Shown piece by piece: positions 9,453-18,599 of a stretch of 64,000 bases of DNA. Source of the stretch: Candidatus Pacearchaeota archaeon (lineage in GTDB: Archaea > Nanobdellota > Nanobdellia > Pacearchaeales > JAPDKA01). The position numbers and the translations under genes were made by a program. Position 1 is the stretch's first letter. Each line of letters begins with the position of its first letter. Below the pieces are notes generated by a model. The model ran no database searches, was not told the origin of the DNA, and worked only from the letters and a program-made list of their open reading frames with translations. Location of the stretch: positions 774 through 64,773 of the forward strand of contig JAWBVE010000004.1 of assembly GCA_038840695.1 (NCBI GenBank), given 5' to 3'.

Positions 9453-10358
9453 CTAAAGCTCGAAGATATCAACAAGCATGACTGGCTTTTTCCTTATTAT
9501 TATCGTTGTCTCGGCCTGGCTTACTTTTGCCTTGCTGCTTTCAACTAACTCTTTATAATTATAAGCAACTCCTGTTTTTTCAAAAACTTTTAATGCAAGC
9601 AAGGCATTAGCAAAGCTTTTTTCGAGCCAGCGTTGTGAGAATGGCAGAAATGAATAATTTTTCTTTATAAATTCATAAACCTCTTTATAGAGCCTGGGCT
9701 TTTTATCTTTTAAAATCCAGATCGCACTTGGCCTTCCATCATTCACAAAACCACTAGCTTCTTTTAATGTTACAAAAGGTTCAATAGCTATTATCTCATT
9801 TTCTTTTAGCAAGGTTTTGTCGCCATTATTATAATTAGGAATATTCTTTCCAGAATGAAGGCTTTTAGCACTTATGCCATGACCACTCAAATTAAATATC
9901 GGCTTAAAGCCAAGCTCAGAAATTTTTTTCTCTATAGCCTTTCCTATTTCGCAAACCTCAACATCAGGCCTTGCAATTTTGAGAGCAGCACTTAAGGCTT
10001 GTTGACTTGCTTTAATAAGTGCTTTATTCTCTTCATTGCTGTCAAGATCAAGACTTATGGCAGCATCAGCAATGCCATCATCGCACTTAACTCCTATATC
10101 TACTTTTAATAAACCACTAGCCAAGCTCTTATCATTGCTAAAAGGACTGTAGTGAGCAGCAATTTCATTTATGCTTAAATTTGGAGGAAATGCAAGGCTC
10201 GCATTTTGCCTAGCTACAAAAGCTTCTATTTTCTCAGCAATTTCAAGTAGCAAGACATCTTTTTTACAAAGCCTTTTTGCTAAGCTAAGCGCTTTTTCGA
10301 CTATCTTCCCTGCTTTTTTATAACCTTCTAAACTTTTCTCCAAGCTTTTGTCTTGCAT
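9453..10358 (-). CDS. map: methionine aminopeptidase, type 2 (archaeal MetAP)
   Basis: The track start 10367 is TTG; an ATG lies at 10358. AFPPNLSINEIAAHYSP matches the MetAP2 AFPxNxSxNExAAHYxP block. Pita-bread fold length with a C-terminal helical insertion. Overlaps the upstream same-strand gene by about 41 nt. Confidence 0.85.
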   Translation of the reverse strand: MQDKSLEKSLEGYKKAGKIVEKALSLAKRLCKKDVLLLEIAEKIEAFVARQNASLAFPPNLSINEIAAHYSPFSNDKSLASGLLKVDIGVKCDDGIADAAISLDLDSNEENKALIKASQQALSAALKIARPDVEVCEIGKAIEKKISELGFKPIFNLSGHGISAKSLHSGKNIPNYNNGDKTLLKENEIIAIEPFVTLKEASGFVNDGRPSAIWILKDKKPRLYKEVYEFIKKNYSFLPFSQRWLEKSFANALLALKVFEKTGVAYNYKELVESSKAKVSQAETTIIIRKKPVMLVDIFEL

Positions 10359-12102
10359 ATTTTCCAAGCTCTCGCAATTTTTTTCTAAGTATGGCTTTTT
10401 TAACAGCCCTTACAACCTTATAAATAACAATAAAAATGAAAATAAGACTTAAAATAAGTGTTGCATAAAGAATTTCTTTGTAAATATATGGATAAGCTGT
10501 TGGCTTTTCTGTAGGAATTATTTTTACTATGAATGGAACTTCCTTAACATCAATTTTAATTTTTTTATAAGCTAAAAGAGTATTATTTGCTCTAACTAGA
10601 ATCCCAAATTCATAACCTTGCGCTTTTGTTTTTATGCTTGAGTTTATTGTTATTACTTTACTTATTTTTACATTCTTTTCCATTTTTTCTTTTTCAATTT
10701 TCTCTTGACTTAAGCTAAAATAGCTTTTATTTGGATTTTCTATTTCTATAACAAGTGATTCCCAATCTTCAAAGGGCACAAATTCTAGTTCAATGCTAAA
10801 ACTTTCACCTTGATAAACACTTTTTTGAGCTAAAATAATAAGTTGGTATCCTTTAATTGCTATGGCCTCTTTTATCTCACATATTGCCTCTCTTCGAGCT
10901 GCAGAAGGAGTTGGACTAGGGCCTATTTGAGTTGTTGGACAAGAGCAATAAATAAAGCTGTCAGATTGCCACTCACTGCAAGCTCCTTTTTCATCACAAC
11001 TTCGCACCGCCCATTCAACAAGTTGCGTCTGATTAAAACTAAAGCCTTTTGGGCTTGTCGCATTGTTATCAATGACAACGCCATTCAACATGAACTCATC
11101 ATGACAGAGTTGGCCTTCACTGTCAAAAGCTACAGATTGCCATTCAAAACTTATTGTACTATTACAGCTATCCGCTATAGCAGTTATATTTGGTTTTGGG
11201 CAAGGTAAATTTTGTATGCTAAAAGTGTCAGCTGCCCAATTGCTGCATTGCCAAAAATCACAGGCACGAACTTTCCATTCATGTAAGCCAAAGCTAAGTC
11301 CTTCAACAAGTTGAGGGCTTGTTACATTTTCTCTAAGCTCAGAATCAATCATGAAGTCATAGCTTATAGGATCGCCATCTGCATCGCTTGAATTTTGCCA
11401 TTGTAAAAGAACTGTGTTGTTATTTGTGTTTGGTTGATCGAGTAAAATTGGCATGGTAGGCACTGAATTTAAGATTGTGAAGTTATCATATGCTTCTTCT
11501 GAGCAACAATTAGCATTGCAAGTTTTTACTTTCCATTCATGGAAGCCTATAGGAAGATTAATTCTTGTTAAAGGCGCATTTGCAGTTTGCCATGTGCCAT
11601 CAAGATAGAACATATCATATGTTGGCAAACCATTTGGATCAATTCCAGAACTCCAATTAAAAATTATACTATAGTCTTTGCTTGGTGGGTGAAAATTATT
11701 TATTGCTTGTAAAATGGGCATGGATGGAGCCTCACAAAGTGTTAAGTTAAGACTCAAAATGCCATAGCTATCAGCTTGGCCCTGTTCTTCAATAAACCAA
11801 TTTCCTTTACTTACTTTAATAAGTCCATAACCATAGGGCTCAAGAGCAAGATTTGCAATCACATAATAGCCATTATCCTGGCTATAGGTCTGGCCAGAGC
11901 AATATTGCGGCGGGGCACTACAATTTATTACAAAAACATTAACTAAGGCATTGCTTGCTATGCTTCCATTTGAATAAAAAACAAAGCCATCAGCAACTCC
12001 GAGATAGATTTGCGCTTTTAAGAAAGGCAAAATTAAAATTAAAGCAATGATTGAACAAAAAAGTAAACTTACTACCAATTTTATTTTTTCTTTTATTTTC
12101 AT
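10318..12102 (-). CDS. secreted surface protein with three repeated W/C-rich (HEWKV) domains and a C-terminal TM anchor
   Basis: ATG at 12102 (minus). Signal peptide LVVSLLFCSIIALILILPFLKA. Repeats FHEWKVKTCNANCCSEEAY, LHEWKVRACDFWQCSNWAA and LVEWAVRSCDEKGACSEWQSD. C-terminal TM ILYATLILSLIFIFIVIY with a basic tail. Confidence 0.55.
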   Translation of the reverse strand: MKIKEKIKLVVSLLFCSIIALILILPFLKAQIYLGVADGFVFYSNGSIASNALVNVFVINCSAPPQYCSGQTYSQDNGYYVIANLALEPYGYGLIKVSKGNWFIEEQGQADSYGILSLNLTLCEAPSMPILQAINNFHPPSKDYSIIFNWSSGIDPNGLPTYDMFYLDGTWQTANAPLTRINLPIGFHEWKVKTCNANCCSEEAYDNFTILNSVPTMPILLDQPNTNNNTVLLQWQNSSDADGDPISYDFMIDSELRENVTSPQLVEGLSFGLHEWKVRACDFWQCSNWAADTFSIQNLPCPKPNITAIADSCNSTISFEWQSVAFDSEGQLCHDEFMLNGVVIDNNATSPKGFSFNQTQLVEWAVRSCDEKGACSEWQSDSFIYCSCPTTQIGPSPTPSAARREAICEIKEAIAIKGYQLIILAQKSVYQGESFSIELEFVPFEDWESLVIEIENPNKSYFSLSQEKIEKEKMEKNVKISKVITINSSIKTKAQGYEFGILVRANNTLLAYKKIKIDVKEVPFIVKIIPTEKPTAYPYIYKEILYATLILSLIFIFIVIYKVVRAVKKAILRKKLRELGKYARQKLGEKFRRL

Positions 12103-12121
12103 TCTTTATTAAATTTTGTAT

Positions 12122-12766
12122 TTAATTCAAGAGTTGACTGCGATTATAGGCAAGCACATGTTGTGTTTTGGCGAAAATAAATTGGCCTTCTCCGGCATTA
12201 ATGCTATCAAAGGGATTGTTTGAGGCGAGAGCAGAATAAATTTCAAAGGACTGACTATCTCTATTCCATTTCATTAAATATTTGTGCAAGGAAATATTAA
12301 AATATTTCGTTATGCTTGCATTAAATTCATAAGGCCATGAAGGACTATTCCAGCCTGAGAGCATTTCTATGCTTAAATCACTATTATTAGCTCCGCTCCA
12401 TCCTAAAGAAATGCTATTGCCAACAAGAATAAAATAACTTTCATTTAGCTCAGTTGTATTGAATGGATTATTTGTGGCGAGAGGCGAGTAAACATCGAAG
12501 CCTCCTTTGCTTGTGTTCCATCTTAATAAAAATCGAAATTGGCTAGCCTGATAATTAAATACTTCATCAACAAAACCGCTTTTGTTTACGCATACAGAAA
12601 CTAAATTCCAGCCAGGCTTTAGCTCAGTACCACATTTCGGCATTATATAAAAGTATATGTGCCCGTAAGCAACAGTCTTACCTGTAATTTCGAAACCAAA
12701 AGCTCTTTCTAAGAAAAAAATAAAAAAAATCAAAGCCAAAATAAAAAACAAGCTTTTATTTTTCAT
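12122..12766 (-). CDS. secreted protein with duplicated NNPF domain
   Basis: Signal peptide FFILALIFFIFFL. Two ~70-aa repeats: ..FDVYSPLATNNPFNTTELNESYFILV.. and ..FEIYSALASNNPFDSINAGEGQFIFA.. Confidence 0.45.
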   Translation of the reverse strand: MKNKSLFFILALIFFIFFLERAFGFEITGKTVAYGHIYFYIMPKCGTELKPGWNLVSVCVNKSGFVDEVFNYQASQFRFLLRWNTSKGGFDVYSPLATNNPFNTTELNESYFILVGNSISLGWSGANNSDLSIEMLSGWNSPSWPYEFNASITKYFNISLHKYLMKWNRDSQSFEIYSALASNNPFDSINAGEGQFIFAKTQHVLAYNRSQLLN

Positions 12767-12776
12767 TTTGTTTTAT

Positions 12777-13271
12777 TTACATTTCTATTTTTATTCTTCT
12801 CTCCTTTGGCACATAATTTAAAAGTTTTCCATCTTTTAAAAGCCCGCACCCTAGGAAATCATCGCCATGCTTTAAAATTACAAAGCCCTTGCCCTTGCTT
12901 TTGCCTTCTTCCAAGTTTTTTAAGTCTTTTATGTTTTTCCCCTGCATCCAAGCAACAAGCTCATCTCTCGTTAGCTCTAGTGTGTTGTGCATGTTATGTT
13001 TTGCCTGTTTGGCAAAAAGTTGTGTGGCATCAAAACTAAGCCTAAAGCCTCCTGCTTCAAGCTTGCCGAGATAAAAGCCTGCGCGCATCGCAATATCTAA
13101 AAAATTAAGGCTCTGCTTAGGTGCAATAAAAATTTTATTCTCAGATTTTAAAAGCACAAAGCCATGGCTTAAAGTTAGCCCATATTCTTTCAAATGCCTC
13201 ATTATCTCTTTCTCCTCTTTTTTGCTGAGCAGTTTAAATTTATTTTTAAATTTATTCTCTTCCTTTTTCAT
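12777..13271 (-). CDS. Nip7-like pre-rRNA processing protein homolog with C-terminal PUA domain
   Basis: About 164 aa. The C-terminal PUA-like block KGKGFVILKHGDDFLGCGLLKDGKLLNYVPKERR fits the G..V.V....LG.G......N..P..RR pattern. Lies directly upstream (same strand) of the Nop2/Sun methyltransferase; Nip7-Nop2 linkage is known from eukaryotes. Confidence 0.45.
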   Translation of the reverse strand: MKKEENKFKNKFKLLSKKEEKEIMRHLKEYGLTLSHGFVLLKSENKIFIAPKQSLNFLDIAMRAGFYLGKLEAGGFRLSFDATQLFAKQAKHNMHNTLELTRDELVAWMQGKNIKDLKNLEEGKSKGKGFVILKHGDDFLGCGLLKDGKLLNYVPKERRIKIEM

Positions 13272-13335
13272 TTTTGTTTTTTCATTCTTTCATTCTTTCC
13301 ATTCTTTTTCTTTTTTCTTTTTCCATTTTTCATTC

Positions 13336-14358
13336 TTATTTTTCAAGCCTTAGCTTTGCAATAAAAAAGCCCTCACTATCAAAGTCTTGCGGCATTATTC
13401 GAATAGCCTTTTTTATTTCTTTGCTATAGCTCTTGCCTTGCCATTCACTAATCCCTTGCCTCGTCGGAATTTTTAACTTTATTTTTTCAACTCTAAGTGG
13501 AAATTTTCTTAGCACATAATCAATCACTTCTTCATTTTCTTCTGGCGCAAGAGTGCACGTTGAATAAACAAGTATGCCGTCATTTTTTAATAAACCAATA
13601 GCTCTCGCCAAAATGCCTTTCTGAATCCTGCTAAGCCTTTTTATTGTTTTTTCACTCCAAAGCTTAAATAGCTCTTGATTTTTTCTTATTGTGCCTTCAT
13701 TGCTACATGGCGCATCAACTAAAATATAATCAAAGCTCAATTTTTTTGAAATAAGATTTTTTGCGAGAAGGCTGAAAGGCATAGTAGTTAGAATTGCATT
13801 TATTACTCCACATCTTTGCAAATTACTTGCTAGAGCTATGCCCCTTTCCCAGCTTATGTCATTAGCAACTATTAAGCCACTATTTGCCATTATAGCAGCT
13901 AGATGTGTTGTTTTGCTGCCAGGAGCTGCACAGCAATCAAGTACAAGCGAATTTGCTTGTGGCATTAAAACCTTTGCCGGGAGCATAGAGCTTATTGATT
14001 GAACATAATAGTAGCCAAGCACATGCTCAAGTGAGTTGCCAAGCGCGCCTGGCTCAAGCCTTGTTTTTATTACAAAACCTTCTTCTAAGCCATATTTGCC
14101 TAGCCATTCTATTTGCCACTTTTGCTCTAGCCTCTGCCTTAACTTCTCTATAGAAATTTTTAATGTGTTAGCCCTAATGCTAAAGAGCATCGGCTCATAG
14201 CATTTATCAAAGAAAAGCTCAACATCGCGTGCATTCTTCAGAAGTCTTGCGATCCTTGAAAAAAAAGCTGGCTTTGGCTTATACTTTTTATCTTTGTGCT
14301 TTTCAAGAATCTTCTCATAAACATCATCAAAACTAACTCCATCACTAACTTCAACCAT
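13336..14358 (-). CDS. NOL1/NOP2/Sun family RNA cytosine-C5 methyltransferase
   Basis: The track start 14376 is TTG; an ATG lies at 14358. Motifs LDCCAAPGSKTTHLA (SAM binding), VDAPCSNEGT (motif IV with catalytic Cys) and LVYSTCTLAPEENE (motif VI TC). Confidence 0.85.
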   Translation of the reverse strand: MVEVSDGVSFDDVYEKILEKHKDKKYKPKPAFFSRIARLLKNARDVELFFDKCYEPMLFSIRANTLKISIEKLRQRLEQKWQIEWLGKYGLEEGFVIKTRLEPGALGNSLEHVLGYYYVQSISSMLPAKVLMPQANSLVLDCCAAPGSKTTHLAAIMANSGLIVANDISWERGIALASNLQRCGVINAILTTMPFSLLAKNLISKKLSFDYILVDAPCSNEGTIRKNQELFKLWSEKTIKRLSRIQKGILARAIGLLKNDGILVYSTCTLAPEENEEVIDYVLRKFPLRVEKIKLKIPTRQGISEWQGKSYSKEIKKAIRIMPQDFDSEGFFIAKLRLEK

Positions 14359-14483
14359 ACAAAAATAAAGAGGCAAAATTTAAAAATGTGAAAATGAAAA
14401 ATAATGAATAAAACAAACAAAAAACCAAAACAAAAATAAAATAAAGTAAAACAAAACGAAAATAAAAATAAAATAAAAATAAA

Positions 14484-14906
14484 ATGAAAAAGATAAAAAA
14501 ATATGCAGGACTTGTTGGGCTTGTTTTAGCCACTTCACTTTTTCCAATGAGCTTACAGAGTAGAAAGGGATATGTGACAGCAACAACAGAGCTTAATTGC
14601 CTTGGAGTTGAAGTTGTTGCAAGAGGGCAATCTCAAGATGAGAGCGATTATGTTGGGTTATCTGTAAGGAATGAAAGAGGAGGATGGGATGACTTTCCAG
14701 CATATGAGGTTAGAGGAAAATTTGAGCAAAGATGGTGTTTCAATTATACAGGTATGGGCGCCTATGATCTTTTTAAATATCAGGGAAAAGAATTTACGGT
14801 TGCACTTTGGGACAGTAAAGTACCAGATCCAAGTCATCCTTTTGGTTATAGAATGTATGGTGAAATTGATAGAGCATACGGCGTGATTCCGAATTTAGGA
14901 ATGTAA
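14484..14906 (+). CDS. small secreted hypothetical protein
   Basis: Signal peptide YAGLVGLVLATSLFPMSLQS. No identifiable domain. Confidence 0.35.
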   Translation: MKKIKKYAGLVGLVLATSLFPMSLQSRKGYVTATTELNCLGVEVVARGQSQDESDYVGLSVRNERGGWDDFPAYEVRGKFEQRWCFNYTGMGAYDLFKYQGKEFTVALWDSKVPDPSHPFGYRMYGEIDRAYGVIPNLGM

Positions 14907-14945
14907 AATCAGGCCAACCAGGCAATCAGCAGGCAATAAGCCAGC

Positions 14946-17426
14946 TTAAAACTCGAGCTTTTTCTGCTTTTTTCCTTCTATTATTTCTTCACTTTTGATA
15001 TTAAAAACATTAAAAATGCTTTCTACTGCAGGAATGATCTGATTGTTTATATAATAATCCGAGTCATATTCCTTATCTTTAACTTCATCAGGCATCTTTA
15101 CTTTTTCTCTTATTCTCGCTTTCTTTTCCTTGCTCTCGCAAACAATCCACTCAGCCAAGCTTCCTGGCCTCACAGGAATTCCTCTTTGTTGCATTCTTCT
15201 TGCTATCTCAACATGTGGTGTATAAGCGGCATATGCTTCTATTTCTTTTTTTATCTGTGTTCTTATTACAAGTTTATCAAGCTCTATTTGCTTATTTTTT
15301 AGTTTCTTTATTATTTCACGAACATAATTAAGTGCCTTATCAGGCTTAGCCTCTTCGAGCACAGAAAGTAAAACCTTATTTTGTACTTCCTTAGCTAGCT
15401 CACACCAATCTCGCCTTACAGTTTCGAAGCCCCTTATTTTTAGCTCGCCTTTTTCACTTATCATAGCATACTTTTTCTTAGCTCCAATCTCGCCTTTTCT
15501 CGTTGTAACAAAAATTGCCCGCTTATAGAAATCCTCTAGCTCGAGCTCCATTCCCTTTGGCAGCTCAGCATTAACCTTTTTTAGCCATTCAAGTGCATAG
15601 GTTTTGCTTTTATCTTTTAACAAAATAGCAAGACTATCAGTGTCAGCATATATAACATCAAAGCCAGCTTTTTTTGCTTTTTCAATGGTCTGTGCTATAT
15701 GCCATCTTCCCAAAGCTGTTATGCTTGCAGCGCATTCCCTGCTATAATATCTTGCTCCAAAAAAGCCAAAGTAGCCATAATGTGCATTTGCAAGAGTTTT
15801 TAATGCTAAGTCCCTTGCCTCTAGGAGTGGAGAGGGATGAAGCTTTTTTTCTTGCTTAACTTTTTTTCTCATCTCGACAAGCTCTTTAAGTAAGAGAGGA
15901 ATGAAGGTGGGTTTCTCATCAAAATAAAATTGTACTTTTTTTCTATCAAGCTCAAATTCTGGAGTAGCTAGTGATGTTTTTTTTGTAGTTATGCTTGCAG
16001 GGCTGATGTTATAGCTTATTATTATGCTTGGATAAAGGCTTCTAAAGTCAAAGACAGCAAGGCCATCATAAAGTCCTGGCTTTGGCTCAAGTACAAAGGC
16101 TCCAGTATATTTTGGCATGAGTTTTCGCTTTGCGATCACATCCTGAAAAGGCCTATGCTCGGCTATCTCATTAAATTGCTTTAGTCCATGAATAATATAA
16201 CTTTCAACAAGCTGACTAAATGAGCTTCTAGTGACATTAAAGAGAGGCTCTTTGACAATTTTTGTAAGTTCAAACATTTGAGGCCATAGTTTATGAAAAA
16301 GCTTGTAGACGAGAATGCTATCCTGTAAATTGTAAAGGGCAAATTTTTCTAGCTCGCTATGCTGCTTGCCTTCTTGCCTGCTTTCTTTATCTTTCAAAAT
16401 TCCAAAATCAACCTCAAGCTTTTTTTCTCCGATAAGCTGAGATGCAACTTCGTTTAATGTTAATGTTTCTGTTCTTAACGAGGGAGCAACAAAATTTTCC
16501 ACAAACCTAAACAAATCAATATGGCAAATTCCAGCTGTTTTTGCAGAAGTTATTTTGCCTTTTTGCAGGCTAACTTCGCTTCCATCCAGGCCTATGCAGA
16601 GCTTTATCTTATTAGCTTTTGCCCTTTCCTTTAAGTAAGGCATATCAAAACCATCACTAAAATAGCCAACAAGATAGTCTGGCTTCTCAGAATTAACAAT
16701 ATCAACAAATTTTTTTATGAGTTCAGCCTCATCCTTGACAAATTCGATCCATCTCTGAGTTGTTGGGAATTTTTTCCAAGTTAGCACTTTTTTAAAATTA
16801 TCACTCATTAGGCTTATCATTATTATTTCACCTTTTCCTATCTCAAACTCGCTCGCCTCAATATCAAAAGTCAAAATTTTTGGCTTATACTCATATCTCT
16901 TGGCATCTTTTGCTATGCTCTTAACAAATCCGACGATATCTGCATTTATGCCATCTATTGAGCTTTTCCCAATGTCTTCAATCTCAACATTATACCAACA
17001 AAGCGGCGTTATGTCTTTCTCTATAATATAGCGTGTAATAAAATTTATATCATCTTCTTTATGTGCATGCTCAATGCTCTCACTGAATTTCTTTATTTTA
17101 TCTTTTAGAGGAATTATGTCCTTATGATTATAAGCAAAGATTTGTAATGCCTCAGTGGGCTTGCCAATAAAATTTTTTTTCACAACTTTGGCATCTTTAA
17201 CTTTTACTTGCCGTCCTGCATAGCTAAAAGAAATTGCTTTTATTTTTTCTATGTATTTTTCAAGCTGTGCCTTGCTTAAGCCAGGCTTAAAAAAGTGATA
17301 ATAATATTTTTCACAGTTATCAAGCAAGCAAACTATTTTGTTTCCACTTCTCCCCCAAAGCCTTATGTAATCTTTCTCGCCGATATCAAAATAATCTATA
17401 TCAGTCAAAAAAAACTCAAATTTCAT
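14946..17426 (-). CDS. polB: DNA polymerase, family B
   Basis: The track start 17486 is TTG; the ATG at 17426 gives MKFEFFLTDIDYFD, a typical PolB N-terminus. Exo I is FDIEA. Pol motif A is DFRSLYPSII, motif B is KTLANAHYGYFG, and motif C is YADTDS. Confidence 0.9.
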   Translation of the reverse strand: MKFEFFLTDIDYFDIGEKDYIRLWGRSGNKIVCLLDNCEKYYYHFFKPGLSKAQLEKYIEKIKAISFSYAGRQVKVKDAKVVKKNFIGKPTEALQIFAYNHKDIIPLKDKIKKFSESIEHAHKEDDINFITRYIIEKDITPLCWYNVEIEDIGKSSIDGINADIVGFVKSIAKDAKRYEYKPKILTFDIEASEFEIGKGEIIMISLMSDNFKKVLTWKKFPTTQRWIEFVKDEAELIKKFVDIVNSEKPDYLVGYFSDGFDMPYLKERAKANKIKLCIGLDGSEVSLQKGKITSAKTAGICHIDLFRFVENFVAPSLRTETLTLNEVASQLIGEKKLEVDFGILKDKESRQEGKQHSELEKFALYNLQDSILVYKLFHKLWPQMFELTKIVKEPLFNVTRSSFSQLVESYIIHGLKQFNEIAEHRPFQDVIAKRKLMPKYTGAFVLEPKPGLYDGLAVFDFRSLYPSIIISYNISPASITTKKTSLATPEFELDRKKVQFYFDEKPTFIPLLLKELVEMRKKVKQEKKLHPSPLLEARDLALKTLANAHYGYFGFFGARYYSRECAASITALGRWHIAQTIEKAKKAGFDVIYADTDSLAILLKDKSKTYALEWLKKVNAELPKGMELELEDFYKRAIFVTTRKGEIGAKKKYAMISEKGELKIRGFETVRRDWCELAKEVQNKVLLSVLEEAKPDKALNYVREIIKKLKNKQIELDKLVIRTQIKKEIEAYAAYTPHVEIARRMQQRGIPVRPGSLAEWIVCESKEKKARIREKVKMPDEVKDKEYDSDYYINNQIIPAVESIFNVFNIKSEEIIEGKKQKKLEF

Positions 17427-17530
17427 GAAAATTATATGGCTTGATTTTTTAAATATTTTTGACGTGTTTAACTCAAAATTTACCAAAGAAAGCGAAAACT
17501 TAAAAAATTCATAAAATGGAAATCAAAAAA

Positions 17531-17539
17531 ATATAAAAA
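17531..17539 (+). promoter_or_regulatory. TATA-box-like element upstream of fen
   Basis: ATATAAAAA is centred about 25 nt upstream of the FEN-1 ATG (17560) and lies in the divergent polB/fen intergenic region. Confidence 0.3.
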
Positions 17540-17559
17540 TCACGGGCTTGTTAAGAATA

Positions 17560-18588
17560 ATGGGTGTTGACATAGGCAAGATTGTGCCAAGGCACGAGAT
17601 AAGTCTTGATTTTTTGAGTGGTAAGATAATTGCTATCGATGCTTACAACATGCTTTATCAATTTTTAACTACAATAAGACAGCCAGACGGAACTTTGCTA
17701 ATGGACAGCCAAGGCAATATAACAAGTCACTTGAGCGGGCTTTATTATAGAACAATGAATTTACTTTACAAAAATATAAAGCCAATTTTTGTTTTCGATG
17801 GTAAAAGTCCAGAAGAAAAATACGGCGAGAAAGAGAAAAGAGAGAAAATAAAAAAAGAGGCTGCAATAAAGTATGAAAAAGCTCTCGAGGAAGGAGCTAT
17901 TGAAGAGGCAGCAAAATATGCAAGAATGACAGCATCGCTTACAGCTGATATGGTTAAAGAGGCTAAAGCATTAATTGATGCGATGGGCTTGCCCTGGATC
18001 CAGGCTCCGAGCGAGGGGGAGGCCCAAGCAGCTTATATGACGAGAAAAGATAAAGCAATTTTTGCTGTTGCAAGTCAGGATTATGATGCACTGATCTTTG
18101 GTGCTCAAAGGCTTGTTATTAATTTAACACTTGCAAAAAAGCGAAAGCTTGCAAGTGGTGCACTCGTGCCAATAAGTCCAGAGCTTGTGGTATTTGATGA
18201 ACTTCTTAACGTGCTTGGTATAGATCATGACATGCTAATTGCTCTAGCAATTCTTGTCGGAACAGACTTTAATCCTGGGGTAAGAGGCATAGGACCAATA
18301 AAAGGGCTAAAGCTTGTTAAGCAATTTAAAAGCCCTTACGAACTTTTTAAATGGGTTGAGAAAACTTATGGGCTAGAATTTAGTTGGCAAGAAATTTTTG
18401 AAATTTTTAAAAAGCCAAACATAAAGAGAGATTTTAGCTATAGCTTTGGTAAGCCAAACAAGCAAGCAATTATTGAGCTTCTATGCAATAAGCATGATTT
18501 CTCTGAAGAGCGAGTTCTTTCAGCTTTAGAAAAGCTTGAAAAAGAAAAAACAAAGCATAGCCAGGAAAGCCTCGGAAAATTTCTGTAG
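17560..18588 (+). CDS. fen: flap endonuclease 1 (FEN-1)
   Basis: The track start 17548 is TTG; the ATG at 17560 gives MGVDIGKIVPRHEISLDFLSGKIIAIDAYNMLYQFL, the canonical archaeal FEN-1 N-domain. The I-domain is GLPWIQAPSEGEAQAAYM. An HhH2 region is present. Confidence 0.9.
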   Translation: MGVDIGKIVPRHEISLDFLSGKIIAIDAYNMLYQFLTTIRQPDGTLLMDSQGNITSHLSGLYYRTMNLLYKNIKPIFVFDGKSPEEKYGEKEKREKIKKEAAIKYEKALEEGAIEEAAKYARMTASLTADMVKEAKALIDAMGLPWIQAPSEGEAQAAYMTRKDKAIFAVASQDYDALIFGAQRLVINLTLAKKRKLASGALVPISPELVVFDELLNVLGIDHDMLIALAILVGTDFNPGVRGIGPIKGLKLVKQFKSPYELFKWVEKTYGLEFSWQEIFEIFKKPNIKRDFSYSFGKPNKQAIIELLCNKHDFSEERVLSALEKLEKEKTKHSQESLGKFL

Positions 18589-18599
18589 AATAGCATAGA

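Noticed and set aside
17427-17486. TTG/GTG-initiated N-terminal extensions proposed by the ORF track (polB 17486, NSUN 14376, radA 35486, fen 17548, ttuA 45849, pilin 7077 and 31250, map 10367)
   Set aside because: In each case an in-frame ATG a few codons downstream gives the canonical family N-terminus (for example MKFEFFLTDIDYFD for PolB, MGVDIGK for FEN-1) or removes an overlap with the upstream gene.
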